Shown here: one piece after another, positions 58,224-64,000 of the stretch
How the letters are laid out: every line of letters begins with the position of its first letter
Numbering within the stretch: the stretch's first letter is position 1
NCBI GenBank assembly: GCA_029259115.1
Contig: JAPDJO010000018.1
Span: 17,937 to 81,936, forward strand
Direction: 5' to 3'
DNA from: Thermoplasmatota archaeon
Lineage (GTDB): Archaea > Thermoplasmatota > E2 > DHVEG-1 > B18-G2
Length of the DNA: 64,000 nucleotides
The notes under the pieces: generated by a model
The model's input: the letters and a program-made list of their open reading frames with translations, nothing else
What the model was told of the DNA's origin: nothing
Databases searched by the model: none
Position numbers and translations under genes: made by a program

Positions 58224-59264
58224 ATGATGGCAAAGATAGAAGATGGTAAAGTGATGATATACGATGAGAGATTAGCAAACAGATTCAATATAAGAGGTTA
58301 TGGTAAACTCATAGATGAGAGATATCTTGAATTACACCCCGTTGAGGCACTTTACCTATCAGAGGAAAAGAAGTTGAAGATAGTGGATGAAGGTAATATA
58401 CTCGAAAGTGATTCTCTGTTTGACAAATTTTCTACCCTAGATAATAGATTTGAGCAAAGATTTATAGTTTATAGGGATCTGAGAAGGAGGGGGTACAAAA
58501 TAAACTGTTTTCATGAACTCAGAAGTAAAGATATAGACTATTACTTGAAACCCAAAAGAGAGGATCAGAAAGATATATTTGCCGTATCTATCAACGAAAG
58601 GGAAGAATTTTCTGTTGAAAAGATACTGTCATTCCTAGATAGTTTGGATCCATTAATCGAGGAGCTATGGGCAGGTGTAGTCGATGAGGAGGGTGATATA
58701 ACCTATTATCGAATATACGATGTGAAGCCAAAAGGTAGCTTAAAAGACGTGGGGAATATAGGATGTAGAGGGGTGTTATTGAAGCATCTCATAATTGTCA
58801 AGGATAGAGAAATAGGAAAAGAGCTATTCAAACAGGGATTCTATGGAAATCTGACAGATGGTGAGCTTACACTGTCTCTGCTAGAAGCGCTCCATCTCTC
58901 AGACATAGGTGTATTAGAAGTATATTCACGTGAAAAAAAATTAGAATACGAAGATCTTCTCACTATAGCGAAATCTTACCAACAGGACTTTGAAATAAGG
59001 TATAAAGTCTATAAGGATTTAAAAGAGAAAGGTTTGTGTGTGAAGACGGGTTACAAATTTGGAACGCATTTCAGAGCTTATGAGAGAGATCCTAATAGAT
59101 ATCATGCAGAGTATTTATTAGATGCTGTAACAGAATCTTTCAAAAGCAACTGGTCAAACATAAGTAGAGGTATAAGGCTGGCTCACTCTGTTAGAAAACT
59201 CTATGTCCTAGCTGTTGTATCTAAAAAGATAAGATACATAGGCATGGAGAGAATAAGACCTTAG
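58224..59264 (+). CDS. endA: tRNA splicing endonuclease (two-repeat alpha2 type)
   Basis: Two repeats (L..VEALYL...VY.DLR.RG); catalytic repeat KTG.KFG.HFR.Y...HA.Y, R.AH.VRK. Confidence 0.93.
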   Translation: MMAKIEDGKVMIYDERLANRFNIRGYGKLIDERYLELHPVEALYLSEEKKLKIVDEGNILESDSLFDKFSTLDNRFEQRFIVYRDLRRRGYKINCFHELRSKDIDYYLKPKREDQKDIFAVSINEREEFSVEKILSFLDSLDPLIEELWAGVVDEEGDITYYRIYDVKPKGSLKDVGNIGCRGVLLKHLIIVKDREIGKELFKQGFYGNLTDGELTLSLLEALHLSDIGVLEVYSREKKLEYEDLLTIAKSYQQDFEIRYKVYKDLKEKGLCVKTGYKFGTHFRAYERDPNRYHAEYLLDAVTESFKSNWSNISRGIRLAHSVRKLYVLAVVSKKIRYIGMERIRP

Positions 59265-59323
59265 AGAAAAATTTCGCAACCTATTTAAGTTCATAAGGAA
59301 TTGTGATAGAGGGGGAGGAGAAA

Positions 59324-59962
59324 TTGTTGCAGATAAGATGGCATGGGCATGCATGTTTCGAAGTGACTAACGACTTAACTATAGTTACAGATCCTCACGA
59401 TGGTAAATCTATTGGTTTGCCAGCTCCATCCGTTAAAGGAGATATAATCTTAGTATCTCACGACCACTATGATCATAATAGCGTTAAGACAGTTGAAAAA
59501 GAAGGAAGTATCGTTGTTAGAGAGTCTGGTAAGAAGGAGATCAAAGGAGTAAAAATAGAAGGTATAGAATCTTTCCATGATGAGGTAGGTGGAGCAAAAA
59601 GGGGAAAAAACATCATTTTCAAGTTTGAAGTAGATGATATTATATTCTGCCATCTTGGAGACTTAGGACATGTACCTGACAAGAATTTATTAGAAAAAAT
59701 AGGAAAAGTTGACGTTTTGTTCATCCCTGTTGGAGGTACTTTCACGCTCGATGCTGATTCTGCTTGGGAAACTGCGAACCTAATAAATCCGAAAATAGTT
59801 GTGCCTATGCATTATAAGATCCAGGGTCTTTCTTTGCCCATATCTGATGTGGATCCATTTTTAGCCAAAAACAAATTCAAAGTTGTGCATGTTGGGAATG
59901 AGATAGATATAGAAAAGGATGAAATACCGGAAGAAAGGGAGATCTGGGTTTTCAGTCTTTAA
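59324..59962 (+). CDS. metallo-beta-lactamase fold hydrolase
   Basis: WHGHACF, SHDHYDHN, HLGDLG, PVGG..T, PMHY; start approximate. Confidence 0.9.
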   Translation: MLQIRWHGHACFEVTNDLTIVTDPHDGKSIGLPAPSVKGDIILVSHDHYDHNSVKTVEKEGSIVVRESGKKEIKGVKIEGIESFHDEVGGAKRGKNIIFKFEVDDIIFCHLGDLGHVPDKNLLEKIGKVDVLFIPVGGTFTLDADSAWETANLINPKIVVPMHYKIQGLSLPISDVDPFLAKNKFKVVHVGNEIDIEKDEIPEEREIWVFSL

Positions 59963-60923
59963 ATACCTCCGGATTAACACAATACTTGGGTCTCCTCCCC
60001 CTCAACGCCTTTATCAGATTTTCTGCAGCAAGAATCGACATCTTTGTTCTCGTTTCAAGTGTTGCTGAACCTATATGAGGAAGAAGGACAACATTTTCTA
60101 GATTTTTCAGCTCATCAGTTATTTTAGGTTCTTTTTCATAGACATCCAGTCCAGCACCAAATATCCTCTTTTCCCTCAGGGCTTTGACAAGATCTCCTTC
60201 TTTTATTATTGCCCCTCTTGCTGTATTCACGATTATAGCATCTCTCTTCATCATACAAATCTTATCATAATCTATTAAATGATATGTCTCTTTGGTAAGC
60301 GGAAGGTGGATAGAAATAAAGTCCGACTCTCTAAGCAATGTATCCAGATCCACCTTTTTCGCTCCTAATTTGTCCTCTAGAACTTCATTCCTGCTCCTAT
60401 TGAAGTACAGGACTTTCATGTTAAAACATTTCGCTTTTAGTGCAAATGCCGTACCTATCCTACCTGCACCTATGACTCCCAGAGTTTTTCCTGACAGTTC
60501 TTTTCCAAGCAAAAGTGTTGGCGACCATCCTTTGAATCTTCCCTCTCTTGTAAACTTATCTCCTTCCACAACTCTCCTAGCAACAGCAAAAAGCAGGGCC
60601 CAAGCAAGCTCTGCAGTAGCATTAGTTAAGACATCTGGAGTATTTGTAACCACTATACCTCTCTTTGTGGCTTCATCAACATCTATGTTATCATAGCCAG
60701 CGGCATAGTTTGATATTACTTTCAAATTTGGATTTGAAGAAATAACCTCTCTATCTATCCTATCTGTAAGCAAGCACAAAAGAGCATCTTTACCTTTCAA
60801 TCCATTTATAATCTCCTTCTTACTCGGTATCCTATCGTATGGGTAGACCTCTACTTCTTCGCATTCTCTTTCCAGCAATCTTATGCCTTCTTCTGGTATT
60901 CTTCTAGTGACAAACACCTTCAT
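59952..60923 (-). CDS. gyaR: glyoxylate reductase / D-2-hydroxyacid dehydrogenase
   Basis: GYDNID, TNTP.VLT.ATAE, G.GRIG, NTARG, GLDVYE.EP, PHIGSAT. Confidence 0.85.
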   Translation of the reverse strand: MKVFVTRRIPEEGIRLLERECEEVEVYPYDRIPSKKEIINGLKGKDALLCLLTDRIDREVISSNPNLKVISNYAAGYDNIDVDEATKRGIVVTNTPDVLTNATAELAWALLFAVARRVVEGDKFTREGRFKGWSPTLLLGKELSGKTLGVIGAGRIGTAFALKAKCFNMKVLYFNRSRNEVLEDKLGAKKVDLDTLLRESDFISIHLPLTKETYHLIDYDKICMMKRDAIIVNTARGAIIKEGDLVKALREKRIFGAGLDVYEKEPKITDELKNLENVVLLPHIGSATLETRTKMSILAAENLIKALRGRRPKYCVNPEVFKD

Positions 60924-61819
60924 TTGAATTCCTCCCTAATCTTCACAAGTTCTGTCAGTAATTTATTTATCTTTGCTTCCACACCAACCTTCTTGCCCAA
61001 GTTGTATATGTAACCATTAATTGAATCTATCTCTGTTTTCCTTCCCTTGATTATACTCTGTAACATAGAAGAGAGATTCTCTGAGGTTAGATCTATAACT
61101 TCCCAAATCTCTCTCAGCATATCCTCATAATCTATTTCGATTCCAACTCCTCTCGCTACCTCTATGGATTCTCTACAGATATCTCTAACAATTTCAGATA
61201 GAACTTTGTTCTTTAAAACCCCATTCTTTATTCCGAATATAGCAGTTAAAGGATTTATGCAAGCGTTTACGATTGCTTTCCTCCATACATCTCTCTCAAT
61301 ATTATTTGATATCCTCGTTTCAAAGCCGGCTTTTACAAACTCTTGATAAAGCTGCTCTAAGAATCTGGTATTCTTCAGAGATCCAATCGTTGTTTTTCCC
61401 CTGCCAGTATGTTCTATTTCGCCTGGCTTTAAAAATAAGCTCGCTTCTGTGGTCAAACCGACGATTATTTTTTCTTCGTCAAAGAGTTTTCTCATTTTTT
61501 CCACATTATCCAAACCATTCTGCAAAGACATAACGTAAATATCCTTGCCAAAGTAATCTATTATGTTTTTAAGAGCAGTATCAGTATCATAGGATTTTAC
61601 AGTAATTATAACAATATCTGGTTCTGTTTTGTAATCCTCCAATCTGGATATAGCGTTTAGATGGAAGATAGCTCTAGTTTTTCCCCTGATGATCAAACCT
61701 CTTTCTCTTATTTTCTGTATATGTTCTTCTCTCCCAAGTAAAGTGACGTTATTGTACTTGGATAGTTTAGCTCCAAACAGAGAGCCTATCGCGCCGGCGC
61801 CGAAGACGAGGATTCTCAT
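60920..61819 (-). CDS. panE: 2-dehydropantoate 2-reductase
   Basis: GAGAIG, VKSYDT, LQNG, W.K..VNA.INPLTA, N.SSMLQ.....TEID.ING. Confidence 0.92.
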   Translation of the reverse strand: MRILVFGAGAIGSLFGAKLSKYNNVTLLGREEHIQKIRERGLIIRGKTRAIFHLNAISRLEDYKTEPDIVIITVKSYDTDTALKNIIDYFGKDIYVMSLQNGLDNVEKMRKLFDEEKIIVGLTTEASLFLKPGEIEHTGRGKTTIGSLKNTRFLEQLYQEFVKAGFETRISNNIERDVWRKAIVNACINPLTAIFGIKNGVLKNKVLSEIVRDICRESIEVARGVGIEIDYEDMLREIWEVIDLTSENLSSMLQSIIKGRKTEIDSINGYIYNLGKKVGVEAKINKLLTELVKIREEFK

Positions 61820-62673
61820 ATTCCTATCTCCCCTATCATCCTATCTATCTCTTCGTCGCTAAAAGATACTAGTGGTCTCAGTATAGGAAGATTGAAGTTT
61901 TTGTCCCTGTCAAAATCTATATCTCGCATTGATTCTCCAACAACTAAGGCTAAACATCCATTCATATTTCTCTTGATATCTTTCTCTTCAGCTATCTCGG
62001 TTTCGCTCTCAGCATACCATTTCCTTAAGAAATCTTTTAACTCTTTATCCATTCCATAGGAAATCACTTTGGCCGAACACCCTCTTTTCAACATACACCA
62101 AAGAGCCAATATATCCCTCTTGTTCCTGACTAACGACAATACTTTTCCTTGACTGCCCAAAGGTAAACCAGCAGGACCTCTTATCTTTTCAAAAAACAGG
62201 TAAGCCTTATCATCTCTCACTTCGATATAAAGTTCAAGATCGGGATCATCAAGATCTACTCTAAGATTGAATTTCTCTTTGATTTCTCTTCCAACCTCAA
62301 TAGCTATATCCTGGCTAGTAAAATCATGTTTTCCTACCCTTGTTGATCTTACAGCGAAAGTTTTGATGCCATTGATCCTTTTCTCTATCAACTCTAAAGC
62401 CTTCTCCTTGATATCTTCAATATCAGCAATAGTTTCAACAGCAGGACTTATCGAAACTATACCGAATATTCTTTTCAAAACGTTTTTGGCTTTTTCCATG
62501 TTTTTAGATCTGAGGAATATCCTGCCTCTCTCTTTTTTTATTCTCACATCTATAATACTCTCCTTACGGAAAGCCAAAATTATGTTTCTGATGAGCTTAT
62601 CCTCGAATCTTCTTCTTACACTTTCACTCTTTAGTCCTATTTCCCCATATCTGATTATTATTACATCGAACAT
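61816..62673 (-). CDS. THUMP-domain ThiI-like protein with degenerate PP-loop domain
   Basis: IRYGEIGLKS..VR..FE..L..NI, FGI.S.S, V.L..P, G..GLP.G.QG.V followed by LVRNKRD instead of SGG.DS; LRPL tail. Confidence 0.75.
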   Translation of the reverse strand: MFDVIIIRYGEIGLKSESVRRRFEDKLIRNIILAFRKESIIDVRIKKERGRIFLRSKNMEKAKNVLKRIFGIVSISPAVETIADIEDIKEKALELIEKRINGIKTFAVRSTRVGKHDFTSQDIAIEVGREIKEKFNLRVDLDDPDLELYIEVRDDKAYLFFEKIRGPAGLPLGSQGKVLSLVRNKRDILALWCMLKRGCSAKVISYGMDKELKDFLRKWYAESETEIAEEKDIKRNMNGCLALVVGESMRDIDFDRDKNFNLPILRPLVSFSDEEIDRMIGEIGI

Positions 62674-62706
62674 TCTATCAGAGGTAATGGGGATGGAATT
62701 TAAAAG

Positions 62707-62791
62707 TGCAGGGGAGGAGATTCGAACTCCTGAACCCCTCCGGGACAGGCTCCTGAAGCCTGCGCCGTTGACCAGGCTTGGCTACCCCTGC
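62707..62791 (-). tRNA. tRNA-Leu(CAG)
   Basis: Reverse complement folds: GCAGGGG/CCCCTGC-A, anticodon arm CAGGC-TTCAGGA-GCCTG, long variable arm, T arm AGGAG-TTCGAAT-CTCCT. Confidence 0.96.
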
Positions 62792-62928
62792 TTTACCATA
62801 AAAATCGTTTTCTTGTTATAAGTTTTTTACTACATGTTAGCGGAGTTCTTGTAAACTTACCATTAATCGCAATTTAAGAAGTGATTTTTTCGAAAGTTTT
62901 TTAATAATCTTACTCTTATAATAAAAGA

Positions 62929-63615
62929 GTGAAATATTCACAACAACAAGTTATCGAAGAAACGAGGAGGTTTTTTCAGAAAGTATATGGATGGATGTTT
63001 CTTGGCTTGATTATTTCAGGAATAACAGCATATTGGGTCGCAAGTGACCCCTCTCTTTATAAATTTATTCTACTTAATGAAGGGATTTTCTACTCTTTAC
63101 TGATAGGAGAACTGGCTTTAGTTTTCGGTTTAGTTTGGCTAATGAAAAGGATATCTGCAAATATTGCAATATTTATGTTTCTGCTTTATTGTTTTATGAC
63201 AGGTCTAACCCTCTCAGTTATTTTCTTAGTTTTTACAATAGAGTCGATTGGATTGGCTTTTTTCATTACAGCATGTATGTTTGGTGTAATGAGTATCTAT
63301 GGATACTTTACAAAAACAGATCTAACTCAAATTGGTCAAGTGTTGATAATGGGATTATTTGGAATTATTATTGCTGGACTGGTTAATCTTTTTCTAAGAA
63401 ATACTCTGATCGATTATATTGTCTCATTTATTGGAGTGATTGTATTTACTGGTTTAACCGCATACGACACGCAAAAAATTAAAAAAATCAACATTATAGG
63501 TAACGAAGGCACTCCTGAAGATACTAAAGAATCGATAATGGGTGCATTAGAGTTGTATCTGGATTTTGTAAATCTGTTTTTAAGCCTACTCCGCCTTCTT
63601 GGGAAGAGAAGATAA
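62929..63615 (+). CDS. Bax inhibitor-1/YccA family membrane protein
   Basis: KVY.WM..GL, TK.DL...G, G...F.GLTAYD.QKIK, AL.LYLDF.NLF..LL; 7 TM. Confidence 0.92.
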   Translation: MKYSQQQVIEETRRFFQKVYGWMFLGLIISGITAYWVASDPSLYKFILLNEGIFYSLLIGELALVFGLVWLMKRISANIAIFMFLLYCFMTGLTLSVIFLVFTIESIGLAFFITACMFGVMSIYGYFTKTDLTQIGQVLIMGLFGIIIAGLVNLFLRNTLIDYIVSFIGVIVFTGLTAYDTQKIKKINIIGNEGTPEDTKESIMGALELYLDFVNLFLSLLRLLGKRR

Positions 63616-63684
63616 AAATTTCTTTCTTTTGGCTTCGGTTTCGATTCATTTAAATATCGTATCTGTATATTGTCTTATCCCTAT

Positions 63685-63800
63685 GGCCCGGGTGGTGTAG
63701 CGGTAACATAAGGGACTGTGGAGAGGGGCTTCGCCCCTTCTAACCCTGCAGAACCTCTTGCAGAGATCCCTTGTCCCGAGTTCAAATCTCGGCCCGGGCC
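63685..63800 (+). tRNA. tRNA-His(GTG) with encoded G-1 and 44-nt intron at 37/38 (63722-63765)
   Basis: G-1 + GCCCGGG/CCCGGGC-C73; anticodon stem AGGGA/TCCCT; CTGTGG|intron|A; BHB central helix CUGU/GCAG with 3-nt bulges GG|A and AG|A. Confidence 0.9.
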
Positions 63801-64000
63801 TTATCCAATGACCCTCTCCCACTTCTTAACGTTCAGAACCTTTCCAAGAGAACTTCCCCTCTTAATCTCCTCTCTTATCCTGTCCTCATGCTCTTTGACA
63901 TCTAAAGCTCTGTTTGCTATCTCCTGTGCTATCTCCTGAGGAATCACCACAACTCCAGAATCGTCACCAACTATCCAGTCTCCCGTCCTCACGATCTGTC
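63801..64000 (-). CDS. RraA-like domain protein C-terminus (possibly hexulose-6-phosphate synthase/RraA fusion), partial
   Basis: V..GD.IVGD.SGVVVIP...A......E..IR..I..G; start lies beyond the window. Confidence 0.7.
   Translation of the reverse strand, partial: QIVRTGDWIVGDDSGVVVIPQEIAQEIANRALDVKEHEDRIREEIKRGSSLGKVLNVKKWERVIG

Noticed and set aside
62267-62821. 184-aa plus-strand ORF
   Set aside because: Antisense to the thiI-like gene and tRNA-Leu
63718-63939. 73-aa plus-strand ORF starting in the tRNA-His anticodon/intron
   Set aside because: Runs through the tRNA and antisense to the RraA-like gene; the intron is too short to encode an endonuclease
1-64000. CRISPR array, transposase, integrase, rRNA
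   Set aside because: No regularly spaced repeats, no DDE or tyrosine recombinase motifs in the ORFs, and no long GC-rich RNA gene seen

Overview
Ordinary-looking but feature-rich chromosomal window from an AT-rich archaeon, most consistent with a Thermoplasmatota lineage (inference from archaeal ribosomal proteins, egsA, an alpha2-type endA, AGA/AGG/ATA codon use and many secreted PKD/Ig-like proteins). Left: a KaiC-like/roadblock/FIST signalling operon, egsA, a bacterial-type metK, tRNA-Ile, Hsp20 and a ~16 kb type IV pilus locus. That locus holds a prepilin peptidase, four tandem pilins, an ATPase, two TadC-like proteins, two further pilin-like proteins and adhesins, and is split by two divergent MNT-HEPN toxin-antitoxin pairs. 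Centre: the S10-spc ribosomal protein operon (uL3 to uL30, no uL15/secY) preceded by a strongly folded leader. Right: housekeeping genes (rpoK, rps2, fumarase-like subunits, mfnA, dys, map, tsaC, mbf1, endA, panE), a degenerate thiI, tRNA-Leu and an intron-containing tRNA-His. No CRISPR array, transposase, integrase or rRNA was seen. Best leads: a structured, possibly switch-like leader with a leaderless uORF in front of the major pilin; a three-way-junction leader RNA before rpl3; HhH domains fused to both uS3 and eL32; and a tRNA-His intron with competing folds. All family calls come from motif recognition by eye, not database searches.
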